From Chara braunii (Eukaryota > Plantae > Charophyceae), in NCBI GenBank assembly GCA_003427395.1, contig BFEA01000019.1, positions 4,358,696-4,422,695 of the forward strand: DNA of 64,000 nucleotides, given 5' to 3'. Both the position numbers and the translations under genes were made by a program. Position 1 is the first letter of the stretch. Each line of letters opens with the position of its first letter. The notes under the pieces were generated by a model. The model was not told the origin of the DNA and did no database searches. It was given only the letters and a program-made list of their open reading frames with translations. Positions 24,091 through 38,069 of the stretch are shown piece by piece.

Positions 24091-25780
24091 TCGGGGCTTG
24101 GCGGGTTCCCTGATGATTTCGATTCACAAAACGCCGAAATTGCGGCCAAGTACATCAAAGTGAGGGCTTAACGGGTTCCCTGAGATATGCCCAAAGGAGT
24201 ATGAAAGAAAGACACAAGGCATGAATGAACGCTGGGCGGGACTTTAGGCCCTGATGATTTGATTCTTGACTCGGGCGCGGGAACGGGGAATGAGATGGAG
24301 ACCCGGGACTTTTGCTCAGAAGAAATAGAATGGAACGTAGCGAGCGAAGGGCGGCTACCTCTCAGTCAATTGAGAGAGAGAGAGAGAGAGAGAGGTGATT
24401 GGTGGTGAAGGTGGGAGCTATACCCTCAACCTTACCTTATTAGGAAGGTAAGGGGGAAGACGCGCGGCGCGCTTTGCTCGAGCGCCAAATAGTCACAGAA
24501 GAGATCGATGGCCGAGGAGGTAAAGTGCAATGGCCCCCGCGTCTTCTACCGTTGGTTTTTTTGGAGGGGAAGCGAATAGCCTGGCTCTCTCCGGACTTGC
24601 GCATTTCGATCCCGTCGGGTGAGGGCTCCTCCTACAGCAGCAGCTGTTTTCGAGGAAAACGAAGGACGGCGGCAAGCTCATCTTCTTCCTCCCTCTCCCA
24701 CGTACACCTCCGCCAATTTGAACAGTCCAGCTCATCTTCTTCCTCCCTCTCCCACGTACATCTCCCACAATTTGTACAGTCTACTTCTCTCACCTTGATG
24801 TGTTCCTCAGCATAGCTCAAGTCAAATTAGTGGGCGGCGACTCTGCGCTGAGCTACTACTTCTACCTCCTCCTCCTCCTCCTCCTCCTCCTCCTCCTCCT
24901 CACAAGTCTGTTCCTGCTGCCGGTGCTGAGCTTGCTGCCTGCCCCCAGACGAAGCCAAATACGAATTTGAGCGATTTGAAGGGAGCGCAAGTCAGCGGTT
25001 CAGCAGGGTCTGAACTCGCGTGTATAATCCTCTTGACGACAGGCGGAGGGCAGGTTGAGGGTGATCGAGGAGAGAGAGAGAGAGAGAGAGAGGACCGGTG
25101 GAGTAGACATCCTATAAAGGGAGCCAGGGGTTCGAGGTGCGGCCCAGCGACACGTGGCTGTCGCGCAGTTGTGCTTACCAAACATGATAGACAACTGCAC
25201 AGACATTTTTTTAGGCCGGAATTTGATGATGCCACTTGGGTATATATTGCTTGGTTATCTCTTTTGTTTTCGATTCCTGGCGCGGGTCCGTCATCTGTTG
25301 TTGTGCCTCATGATGACATGGTCGGCTATCTAACAAGGTGACCTAATCCCGAACTGAATTCGAACTGTTGATCTGAACTGTTGATCTGAACCGTTGATCT
25401 GCAGAACTGTCGATCTGTAGAACCGTTGATCTGTCGAACATTTGATCCGTTGACGATCTGCGATGAGCACGAGTATAGGTCGGCTCTGTAACAAAGTGAC
25501 CATATGACAGAGACGGTGAAGGGGTTGAACGGATAGATATTTGGGTGATGAAGGCGTGGAGAGATACAAGCCGGAGGATACATTGAGATGGCGAGAAGGG
25601 ATGGAGTCTTGTGGAAAAGAGAGGGAGAAGAAAATTGGAATATTGTAGCGTCACACAGAGAAAGAGAGAGAGAGAGGAGGCTAATGAGCAGTGATTGTGA
25701 CAGGGACGAGGCGCCGAAATAGGAGATGGCAGAGACAAAAAGAGAAAAACTTGTCCTGTTGGCTGTTTACCGATGCGTAC

Positions 25781-25897
25781 CTCCATGGGAAAGCATGCTT
25801 CCAAGCTTGGAATATGAAGACAGCTTCACGTCCAGATCCCCTTCCAGTTTCCGTGCCTCTCGCCTCAGATCCTCCCATTGCGTGTTCTCTTCCACAC

Positions 25898-25901
<4 letters not shown>
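25781..25901 (-). CDS. GOS12: exon 1 of Golgi SNARE GOS12 / GOSR1-like gene
   Basis: MGVEENTQWEDLRREARKLEGDLDVKLSSYSKLGSMLSHG closely matches the plant GOS1-family N-terminus (WEELRREARKIEGDLDVKLSSYAKLG). The 121-nt exon ends in a phase-1 donor GAG|GTACGC. Confidence 0.88.
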
Positions 25902-25988
<87 letters not shown>

Positions 25989-25989
25989 N

Positions 25990-26078
<89 letters not shown>

Positions 26079-26083
26079 CACAC
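25902..26083 (-). repeat. compound (GT)n(GA)n x2 microsatellite directly 5' of the GOS12 ATG
   Basis: Read directly. A single N at 25989 between the two halves suggests the duplication may be a contig-join artefact. Confidence 0.9.
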
Positions 26084-28844
26084 AAACGAAGTCGTACAAT
26101 CAGAAGCGAGCTGTTCTCAGCACTGGATATCCGAGCTTCCCGGTTATGCGCGCGTCCTGCAAATGTCTTTGGTTCTCAAAATCGTCATCACTTCCTCTCG
26201 CCTAGATCGCACGAGCAACCTTGTGTGTGGCAATTTGGAAGCAGTGCACACAGAAAAAGAACAGAGCCATGTGGCAATCCCGGAGCAGTGAACGCAAAAA
26301 GAACAGAGCCCCTACTGGCCAGTGCCCAGTCATAACCATAACACATAACAAATTGTTTTAGGGCCTCGCCACATCCCCAAGACTCTGGAATCTCGAACGT
26401 CGAGAAAACCCGTTCGAGAGCACTCTTCGCCACATTGCCCTCTCGAATTTAGGGCTCGTGAGAGCACTTTTGAGGGTGCAATGTGACGAAGCACAGAACT
26501 CGCGAATCCAGGACTGGGTCTCTGGGAGGGTGGGTGGTAGGTGTACGAAGGGGTAGGGTGGAGAGGGGGGGGGGTAAAGGGTGGGAAGAAGGGGGGGAGC
26601 GGGGTGGAAAGAAGACACTAGCGGGCTGTAACACACAAGCTATCCCATCCACACCACAAATCCAATAAAGTTATGAAAATGGAATAACCACAGGTGATTC
26701 CAGGTGATACAGGGATGGGTCAGGGAGATGTGCCACAGGCCCACACACTGTGGGGAAAATCAACAGTGGGCGGGACCACACGACCGAAATGGTTGTAGGA
26801 GAGACTGGCACATTGCTTAGTCAGGAGGTTCACTCTGATGTTGTATGTTGAAGGTTCGCATATCCACTGACCATTGTGCGACAAAGAGGGAGCGCAACCT
26901 GTTGTTGCTGAGCAGGCACCAATTACATACAACATGGATTGGAGACAATATGGTCCATTCTGGGTAAGTCCCATTATGCCCGCCTGAAACTCACCACTTA
27001 CCTCTACCATATGAGTTATTACCGTCCTTACATACGCGTATCCCGATTGAGCTACTGACCCATGTGTGGTGGCATTTAATTCACATACCAGAGATGAGTC
27101 AAACGAACGAGTTTCTCGTCAGCTGAAGCATAATAATACACACGGTAGAACACCTAAAACAGACCAGTAAATGCATTAGGTCATTGGGGCGCTGATCTTC
27201 GAGGTCGATGTGCGCATCAAGTCAACTCAATCCAATAGACTTTCGTTGTTTGTCGCTTCCATTTAAGTGTCAATTTTTCTCATCCTATAACTTAACTAGT
27301 GTATAAATAGTGAGTTACGGATCTCGCATATCTTTATACATAAAGGACGAAGCATAAGCGATATCATGACTTTCAAATATGCAAAGTTTTGGGGGGTTTG
27401 TTATGGCAACGTATTATGCGATATCCATGAACATACGACCCCTTATAGCTTACAAAGTTGTAGGTTGTGAGGCCGCATATGATATTTAAGTATCCGATGA
27501 AAAATATTTTGAGGGTCTTACTTCGCGACTTTTAGCGGTCTCATGTGCAGTCTCATGCCCTTTCATGTTTTGTGTTTGACGTAAAAAGTTTATGAGGATT
27601 ACGTGGTCATACAAAACATTTGGTCAGCAACATTCATACATGTCCAACTATCAATCCTCATCATTTTTTTCTCTAATTATATTTCCACTTATATACTTAA
27701 TTTACCTCGAGTCGCAGATTGATTCCTCTCGACTGGGTCGGGCACTTGTGTAACTACTCTAAGGAGTCGATTCACGACATGGGACCGAACATCAGAAGTT
27801 CGTATGTACATATGCCTTAGGTAGTAGGTTGGTGGTATTTGTTGAGATATACTTCTTTTATTATGTAATTTTAATTAGATGCGACCCGATTTGGACACAC
27901 AAAATTTCAATTGGTCAGCAACCGGACCAATTTCGTTAACTTATTTTTTTTTTTTAGTTCATAATCAGAATTGATTTAAACAGCAGATAGAGGTTAGGAG
28001 AAATGGCGAGCATTTTGATACAAAAATTTTACAGTTTAGATGCTTGATTTTGCTAGGCAGCATGATTTACCACATTAGTATTGACGATAACCGATTGTGT
28101 TAAACAATCAACAAATTTGAGAGTTTTACATACTATTTGGACAATGAAAATATAAAATTATTGAAGCAGTTTCGCAGGTTAGTCACATGTTTTTTAATCA
28201 TGGGTTTGTTCCTTCAATAGACTGTTCATCTACAACTTTATCTCGATTAGCTTTGCCGAAGTTCGTATTACTTATTTAATTTATCATTGTTATATATTGA
28301 CAGTGATTATTTAAGGACTGGAGTGTTAAGCATGTTAATAAACAAACCATGCGCATGGTGCTCGACAGAATAAAGTATGCATATGAGACCAACACGCTCA
28401 CATGAGAGCAGAATGCAAATGAGAGCAACACGCCGGTGAGAGTACGCGGGTGAAAGCAGAAATGGGAAAGCACACACATAAGTTAAAGTAGGCATGTGAG
28501 AGCAGGATGAATGATTTTTTGTGGCTCCCTGCGTTCGACATCCTAAATTATTATGTAGCTTGATGTAGTGCACAACGAGTTCGTTCAGCCTACCAAAGAA
28601 CAAATTCATATCGGTTCACAAGATGTCAGATTTTTATCTACTTGTACAAAAAACTTATAAAATTTAAATCGTTTCATATTTTTTTAACTCACAAAAGTTT
28701 TTATAAAATTTATATATATATATATATATTTGCCCTTAGTGCCAGTGGCGTGTCTGGAGTGTATTTTTTGGCTGTGACAGACCTTTCTTTGTTTCGTGGA
28801 TGTTTTGCTGGATTGTGATGGGGTGTGAACCGACAGTCTGTAGA

Positions 28845-29019
28845 NNNNNNNNNNNNNNNNNNNNNNNNNNNNNNNNNNNNNNNNNNNNNNNNNNNNNNNN
28901 NNNNNNNNNNNNNNNNNNNNNNNNNNNNNNNNNNNNNNNNNNNNNNNNNNNNNNNNNNNNNNNNNNNNNNNNNNNNNNNNNNNNNNNNNNNNNNNNNNNN
29001 NNNNNNNNNNNNNNNNNNN
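28845..29019. other. assembly gap
   Basis: Run of N. Confidence 1.
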
Positions 29020-29033
29020 GTGAGGGGATTCTG

Positions 29034-29091
29034 CAGACTGTTGAGGGTTCAGCCTCCTGATGAGTCGGTGAAACTCCGACGAAACAGTTTG
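29034..29091 (+). ncRNA. type III hammerhead ribozyme
   Basis: CAGACUGU-U-GAGG(GUUCAG)CCUC-CUGAUGA-GUCGG(UGAAACU)CCGAC-GAAA-CAGUUUG. The core is complete and all three stems pair. Predicted cleavage after GUU at 29042. Confidence 0.9.
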
Positions 29092-29196
29092 TCACAACCC
29101 CTCGTTTGTTGTCCTCTTCTCTCTCTCTGCCTACGGTTTATCGGCAGTTCTGTTTGTGACGATATATATTATTATGACGATATATGTATACATAAA

Positions 29197-29972
29197 CAGG
29201 GTTGCCGGCATTCGGGATGGGCCGAACGCCTGAACCCAAACGGCCGAACGTACGGGACCCCTTCGGAAGACGTTCGGTCGTTCGGGCCTAACGCTGACAA
29301 AAAAAAAACAAAAAAAAAACAAACAAAGTTTCAAAACATTCCGAAAACAAAATATGTTATGGAAAAAAATAAACTAAACAACATTTGTCTGGGCACTACA
29401 TCTAAATTCTTTACCAAATTTGCCTTAAAAATCAAATACAGAAAATAAACACTATGATAAAAATAAGAAAAAATAAAAAAAGAATTAAAATGAGTGAGTG
29501 TGCCATCACCTTTTCGACACCGCCATCTTTGCCGATTTTTTATTATTTTTTGGCATTGCCAAATGCTCTGAAAATTTACAGATAGGTATTTAACATAATC
29601 CGTAACTCATTAAAAAAAAATTAAAAAATAATAAAAATTGTTAGGCCCCGAACTAAAGTAAAAACAAAAAGTGAAAAGTGAAAAAAAACAAAATAGTGAG
29701 TGGGCACGCACGTTTTGACACCCCCATCTTTTACGATTTTTAATGTTTGTTTGGCTTAGCATAATGGCTTCAAAATTTGTAGGCGTGTAGGTTACATCAT
29801 AGAGAACTCACAAAAACAAATTCAGAAAAAAAATATATATATTTTTAGGCCCCCAAACATTTTTTTGGTGGGGGTCGAACCTGAAGGTGTTCGGCTCCCG
29901 AACGGGACCCCGAACACCAGAACGTTCGGGGGCCAGCCCGGGGGTCCCCGAACGTTCGGTCAGGTAACCCTG
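29197..29972 (+). mobile_element. non-autonomous hAT-like element, unit A, in (TA)n
   Basis: TIRs CAGGGTTGCC / GGTAACCCTG, subterminal CCGAAC/GTTCGG repeats, AT-rich middle. Confidence 0.75.
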
Positions 29973-29991
29973 TATATATATCGTATATATA

Positions 29992-30702
29992 CAGAGTTAT
30001 CAGCGTTCGGGACGGGTCAAACACGCAACCGTTTCGGCACCCTCTCTCGACGCGTTTGGTCGAACGTGGACAAAAAATAAAAGAAAAAAAAGTTATGCGG
30101 AAGAATCAACTAAACAACATTTACCTCGACCTTACATCCAAATTTTTTACCAAATTATAAAACAAAATCAAATACTAAAACTAAATAATAATAATAATAA
30201 AAATGATAAAAAATCAAACGAGAATGAAATTATTAAGTGGGGGAGCACGTTTTTGACACCGCCATCTTTGGCGATTTTTTATTTTTTTGGGGCTGTGACA
30301 AATGCCATGAAAACTTATATATGTGTATCTTACATAATAAATAATTTACAAATAAAGTTTGAAAAAATAATAATTTTTTCATACCCCGAAATAAATAAAA
30401 AATAAAAAGCAAAAATAAATAAATAAAATTAGTGAGTGGGCAAGCAAGTTTTGACACCACATCTTTGCCGATTTTTCATTTTTTTGTGTTCAACAGAATG
30501 GCTTCAAACTTAAGAGGGAGATACCTTACTTCACAAAGAACTCAAAAAACAAAATTCAAAAAAACATAATAATATTTAGGTGTCAAAATAGTTTTTTGCG
30601 GGGTCTGAACCCCTTTAGGTTCGGGCCCCGTACGGAGACCCGAACGCCCAAACGTTCGGGGGTCAGCTTAGGACCCTCCGTACGTTCGGCCTGGTAACCC
30701 TG
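29992..30702 (+). mobile_element. non-autonomous hAT-like element, unit B, in (TA)n
   Basis: TIRs CAGAGTTATC / GGTAACCCTG; paralogous to unit A along its length. Confidence 0.75.
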
Positions 30703-33700
30703 TATGTATATATCCAACAACCTTTCATACGGTATTCATTTGGGCAAGAACTCGGTAGGCCCAACCCATTTCGGTTCACATATAATCAAATAGTAGCGGT
30801 AACTATTTAATTTACTTGGTTGTAGGTAACTAATCACTCTCACCGTCACGTGTGAGACTTGTCCAACAACCTTTCATATGTTCAATCAACCTTACCAATT
30901 ACTTAATACTCTCAATATATATTTGCAAATACAATCAGATAAATGTCCTTTGTTAACAAGGTGAATCCTTTCTATTCACGTTTTCAAACCATCCTCAAAT
31001 TGACATTTACCAGTTTAACAATTTGGTCAATCCTCTCGTAACCAATTTTGATTTATAGATTAATCAATTATATTGCATATGCAAATAAAAAAAACGCATT
31101 TTGCCTATAGGGTTAATATTTAGATGTGGGTATAAAAATTTGTGAAGATTGAGTCGACAAACTAACCTATTAGAAAAAAAAAAAAAAAATTATATAGTAT
31201 TACTTAGTTTTTCTCGAACCACCCTTAACATAGTACGAAAAACATGTAACATACAGAAAAGTTAACAAAGTCTCAATATTTTGACTATTATATAAAGTTA
31301 AATTGACAGAAATAAAAAGGTACACCGAAATATAATAATTTTTTGACATTATTTCCTATAGAGAAGTAATTTTTCCAAAGCGTTATTAAAACTTAATTTA
31401 TAATTTAAAAAAAAAATGCAAGTGAAACATGAAAGTTTACTAACTTTCAATCTAATAAAAATTTGGGAACACTTTCAGCAAGAAAGTTAACTTCCAATTT
31501 TTTTACTAAGTATCAAATTAGAGGTCAACTTTTTATATAACCATAACAGATTCGACCCACCTAATGACATTTTATACCGAGTTCAAACACATGGCAAACA
31601 TTTAGACTCCTAACATACCTTCTACAGACAGTATTAAAAAAAAAAAAAAAAAAAACCACCAATGCAATTTATTATCAACTTCAAATCGAGGTTTCCGAGC
31701 TCACAATTCAACGAGAGGTACTGAAAACTTACCTCACAAGCTCACGTTTGCGGAAAACCACATTTACCGACTCTCCGAACTAAAACAATCATCATAATTT
31801 TTTCCGCCTCTCTACGTGTAAAATTTTAATTTTTTTGCAACAACTACGAACTAGGTTCCATAAAAGTTTAGTAAACTAAAAAAATTTCGAATGACATGTA
31901 AAGTTTTTCCTTTATAGTTGTTTTGTATAGGTAAGCTATAATTGTAAAAAACATAAAATATTTATTTATATTCAAGTAAAAAACAGTCGAACGATTCAAT
32001 GAAATACCACTACCTTTTCAGTGTCAACTTAAGATTTGCCCTACAATATACTTTATTTATAATTTTAAAACATGATTCTTGCAGATGTGAACTATCTTGA
32101 AGTATAATAGGTTGAAAGTATCATTCCCTCCGAAACTACGAACCTTTATTGTTTAAATTTTCGGGTTTCTTGATTTAATCATGTGAAATAAAATATCAAA
32201 ATTACAAGTAATTAGACTACCTCAGGGAAGCGTTAGGTCTAGCTCGACCTATTATCGGGCTAAGGTGTCATGCGCATAAGTATCGCAGGAGGACCCTCCT
32301 GACCGCGTCACGCAAGATTCGTGCATGACTTTTATAGAATGGTGCAATGAAGCTTCTTTGTCGCTCTGGCCGAGAGCGCCGATCATACCTCTCACAAACA
32401 CCTACGATAGGATAGGGTCATGTGAGGTACAACTTACCTCGGCCCAAGGGGTTGTCACTACCGTTGAACAGGCGTATCCCCACCAAGCTACCGAGCCTCA
32501 TGTGAAAGGTAATCAGTTGCAATCGCACAGGTGACCCTGCCGAGGGTGTTTCTCATACGCGGTAGCACAGAGGGTACTCGTTGTCGCATGCCTCTATCGG
32601 ACTCGTACGTGAACGGACACATTGGGGGGCTTACGTCCCAATCTCGACTCGTTGTCGATCGACTAGGACGTATCCTTCTTACCACGCGTTACACCACTAC
32701 AAAACAAAGAGTGAGATCACTCACAGAAAACAAAACACTCTGAGTCCTTTTAGTATCCAACCCATAACCTTTTGTCGTGAAAATCGGTTAGACGTCGCAT
32801 GTGAGACTTAAGATAAAGTCGTGCGGATGCAATTTTTTCATATCGACTACCCTTGCATGAATACGCAAGCACTCACAGTGATAGCATACTATGTAATACC
32901 CATAATTGCGTGACTCTCAATTGTCTCGAGTGTCTCGTTCGACACTCTCGTGTCGGTTGACACATGCCGTGAGTGGTTAATCTCTCGATACTAGACAACT
33001 GCCAGGATGGTTGAGAACCACACCCTCTTCTGCACCTTGTGGAGAGTGGGTGGTAAACAGGTTCTGACCTGTCATGACAGTCAACGCTTATGGCCTTGCA
33101 GATGATCTCTATCATCCAGGGCCTGGAAAGAAGTTAAGGTTTTTTACTTTGACGGTTACCACAGACTTCAATGTTGAAGTATAATAAATCTAAAAAGCAA
33201 AAGGTAAAAGGAGGTCGTTTTTTTTCTCTCAAATACAAAATGTGTTAAACCTTTACGCATGGTCGCAGTAAGTTGCGCGAATATTTGAGATGTATATGTA
33301 TATGTATATAGAGAGTTATACAACATGTAACGATCACATCTCACAATCACGACGATAATCCCTTCAACCATATATATGTGATCGAAGACAGTCAAATTCA
33401 AAGTGCGAACCACAAACATACTTGCAATCACATCAAAGATTAAACCAAAGGTCCACGCACTACACGGGATCAACTTCCACCACTCTCTACGCTTATACCC
33501 CTGGCTTTAGCCAAACCAACTTCACCTTTTTGTCAAACTTTTCATAATAAAGTACTCAGTATCTTTATTAAATGGTAATTCAATAAAGTCCGGGTGAAAA
33601 ACCCAACGAAACAATTCAAACTACATAGGTTAAAGTATTTAGGTTGAGTGACGAGAGTAAATCGGAGTTGAGTCATAAGTCGACGAATTAACAACCGACC

Positions 33701-36700
33701 TGTTATCAATCATAACCGAAGATGATTCTCATATGATCAAGCTGAGAGTAGTCAAATCTTGAATCGAAACGATCAAAATTGACTTGTAACGCATGACGGA
33801 CCAATTCTCAAACTAAGCTTATAAGATATGGAGGATAATCTTCACGTCATGCATCACTCAAATCCTTCTCATAACTAAGTTTGAACCTATCCCTCAGCAG
33901 GTGCCAAAATAAAATAAATTTTTTTTGCAGCATCTCACCTTTATAGGGTGGATCGCCATAATCTTTCCTATCATAATTTAATCTAACTTATTTAAACTAA
34001 TAAAATTTGGCAGTACTTCCTGTATGGAAAATATTTTTTTCATAATTTATATTCGTCTGAATACGAAACTAAAATTGTCCTTAACCTGAGAGGTTCAAAT
34101 TTTGTCTGATTCCCTGAACTAGTAAAACTTTAGGCAGCAGCATCTTGTTTATAAAAGTGAATTTTCTATATTTATACTAAGTTATCTAAGAACTCGAAAC
34201 AAAAGTTGAGTTTCTGCTATGACAAAATTTAAATTACTCCTTAGATTTGTATACATTTCGGCAGTACTCCCTCTAAAGAAGTGTCAATCAAAAATTTATA
34301 CCAAGCTAAATACAGAACCTGCAAATGATATTGATTTTCCGATTTTAAATTTTGTCAAACTCTCTGAATTAACAAAAATTTGGGCAGCACTTCGCCTAAA
34401 AAATAAGGTTCTTTAAAATTTTACTAAGCCAAATATAAAACTTGAACAAAAGTTGAACTTCAAAAATTAAAATTTAACTAACTTCTTGGTTTTGTAAAAA
34501 TTTCGGCAGCGCTTCCCATAGAGAAAGTAGTTTTTCAAAATATATGCAGAACCAAGTAAAATAAATTATCAAGACGACAGAAAAATTCCCATGAGAAATA
34601 AAAATTAAAAAAATATTTTATAAAAATAAAATCTTTTATATTTATAAGTTATCATTATAATGTTCGTGTAATTATAAAAATTTCAATTTTATTTTATAAG
34701 TTTTCGTCTAAATGTGAGTTATCGCTTCCAACTACATCTATTTGTTCAAAATGGAATGGAAGTCAGAACAAGTTTATGAAATGTTTTAATCAAACTTTCA
34801 TTATACTACAACAAATATCTTATAATTTATAATGGATTACCTTATTTATAACTGAAAATCCTTACTTATAATGACAATTAAATTAAAATATTTCATGAAC
34901 TCATCCAGACTTCCATTCCATCTATAACTTCCAGTTCAAATAAAAAGAGATACCCTATTCTTCGAAGGAAAGTTTTAAAGTAAACCGAAAATTTTTAAAA
35001 TTAGAATGATATTTTTAAAGATAAAATGAGATTTTTAAATTTAGAATGCAATTATACTATAAAATTATTATTTAACTATGAGAAATATTTATGTTAGAAA
35101 TGTGAGAATTGAACTGAGTAAGAAAAGTTAGTGCATAAATGCAAGAAGTGAACTGACTCTTATAGCTCTAGCACGTGGTGAGTAACTAAACCAACTACCT
35201 ATCAAACCGAAACTCAGACTGAGTAAAACTCTCACTGAGCCACGTGCAAATTCGTACCATAATGATAAGTATCCTCATTTAGTCCCAATATTAAACCTTG
35301 TCAGCAATAGTTTATATTCTCTAAATTATTGTATTTTTTTTTACCCAACTTACATAAGGCGTAAAGCTATATCATTCAACTTAGAAAACAAAGTCTAGCT
35401 TCACTATTGAATATACGTAAACACAGGGCACTACTACTTTTATTTTCCTTGGGCATGTGACTAGGTCATTCAACTTACAAACAAAGCCAAGTTTCCCTGA
35501 GTTGTTTAAGTAGCCAAGTTATATATATGTTGTCGGACCAAATACCCTTATTTGACCATGTTTTTACATTCGACACACTGATCGCACCGACCGCCATGAC
35601 GAAGTCAGTCTGAACTTAAAGATGTAAGTGTTTTTGCGTGACACTTTGAAACGATTTCGTCGACCATTGAGGACGGGGCAAATCGGCGAGAAAATTTCGT
35701 TAAGTATGCGCACGCATTATCGTGGCATGCGCTCTGATGGTTAGAGTCAGTAGTAATACCCTTCAACCAAGAAGGTCGAGGGGTCGATTGGATTAGTGAT
35801 ATGTAAGGTAGATCTACGACTCACGCTTCGGCTTAATCATCAACACATTAGTCAGGATAAATAAATATACGTCTCGACCATACGGTCGGAGCGATTATTA
35901 GAGTATCATCGTCACCGCGCGGAATACTAAGCACTTGCTCGAGCGGTACCTCTAATCTTATCCGTATACCTCAAGTAAGGTTGAGGCTCTCGCTCGGCCT
36001 CACATATGAATGGGCGTTTGGCTCTTGGACGGTAACTTTCTAACCATGCGGCCACCCAAGCAATTGATATTTCCTTCCTTTCGGAGGAAAACATCATTTT
36101 GGACTCTGATATCGCTCGCATAGGGCCTAGACTCAGGCTACTTGACCTAGTACCTACGTATCTACCGGTACTGGGCCTCTAAGAGTGCCAACTTTTGTCT
36201 GCTACTGCCCGACCTCGAGTATCCGGCGCATCTACTTCTACTTGGTGTAGTACCAGCCTACCTGCTACTTGAGTGTTTTCTACTGCTGCGGGCCTCTTTC
36301 CCCACCACTTGAGTGTTTTTCCGCTACAACCCTCAAAGTCATGACCACAGGAAAGTATCAACCCAGTAGGGTCTGCCCCATGAGGGTCACACACACACTA
36401 AGGCCGACAAGCATTCCGATAGGCACGCAAAACAACAAGTGCGCACACATAGACTCGGAAACAGGCTCGGACTGTTCGGAGGAGTGAGCCTCGCTACTTT
36501 ACATATATTTAAGCTGCCCCACTCCTACCCGAAGTAGGAGCTAGCTGAATAGGTTTGGGTGCAGACTGTTAAGCAATGGACTCAAGGATCCAATCTACTT
36601 GATCCTAAGCTAGTTCTTTTTTGGCAGCTCAACAACAGTTCACCCCTCGTTCAGAAGCCCGGGGCTTGAACCGGCGACCTTGTTATGAGAATTAGTTGTC

Positions 36701-38069
36701 GTTTGCCTTGTTGAAACGAGGCTTGACACTTGGCAAGTTAAGATAGTTAGGAGTTAGATTCTATTAGATTTATTTTATTTTATTTTTTAATTTTCTTTTT
36801 AGATTTCCTAGTTTTTCTTTTCTTTTTCTGATTAAGTTGTTTTGTTTTGTTTTCTTTTAAACAAGTACAAATTTCTCTTAATAAACTTACCTTAGTGTAT
36901 TTGCCTCAAGTTTCGGGCAAATTCATTCCTGGGAAGTCTTCGACATACCGACACGATTGCAGACCTTCGAACGAGGTCGACCGGACCCTATCGGGCATGT
37001 GAGCAGGACATGGTGCGGGTGAGCGGACGATGAGAGGAAAATGAAACGAGATGCAGCATGAAAGACCGTGCGGTTGGAAAAAACGAGAATGGCGGCCAGA
37101 CGGAAGAGGAGAGCGCCGCGAGAAGGAAGAAGAGTACGCAAAAAGAAGAGCAAGACAAAAATCACCACACGGTAGAAGGAGAACGTGGGGACGTAGCGCA
37201 AGCGGGCATGAAGAAGACAACATGGTGCATGGATCGCAAGGGAAGCAGCGTACGCAAGAGCAGAGCAAGAAAGAGATTGGGTAAGTCTTCTATCACGCAA
37301 CAGACACCGGGTACTTCGATCGATAGAGTGAACAGAGACTAATGAACCTATCGCTAAAACATGAACAATCTACACTATTGCTATGTGTGTGTGTGTGTAA
37401 GTGTGTGCGAGTGAGCGTGTGAAGAATCGCGTGGCAACCTCATGCTACTTCCATCGATAGGATGAGCAAAAATCGAACGGATCTACCGCTAGAATATGAA
37501 AATATATACTATTGCACGCGCGTGTGTATGTGTGTGTGCGCATGTATATATGTGAGCACATGTATGTGTGCGTGAGAAAGAAAGAGAGGGAGGCACTCGC
37601 CTCGACGAAGCGTGAGCCGAGTGAGTGACGCATGTGATTGAACAAATCCCCGAATAAAAGGTGCGCTCATTTTGACTGAAACGTACCACAAATGCAGCTT
37701 GATTACATTCTATTTATTATCATTATTTATTTTTATTTTTATTTTATCACTATTACTAATTATTATTATTATTTCGTTATTGCTATTAACGATAGCATTT
37801 GCACTTGATGGTTCCTCCTAATGAGGCCGTGATTATGGCTTGATCTAGCAACGAATATGACCAGATACGCTCGAACGTGCGCAAAAAAAGGGGGAAGATA
37901 GCGACGTTGGATGAGAAAGAAAATGAGTGGGAAGAGGGGAGAAGAAAAAAACACGAAGGTAGAGAAGAACGAATGTGCAAGGAAAGAAGAGTCGCGCATA
38001 ATGCAAGGAGGAAGACTGCAGAAGGAGGGAAGGAGGCGAGTGTGTGGGTTCTCAAGGTCTGATGAGGGT

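Noticed and set aside
29057-29100. Type I fold cleaving at GUC (29091-29093)
   Set aside because: The bases after GUC cannot pair with those just before CUGAUGA; the type III fold satisfies all three stems.
36655-36692. tRNA-Met-like 3' half on the minus strand (CTCATAAC..GGTTCAAGCCC)
   Set aside because: No convincing A box or 5' half; too short to call.
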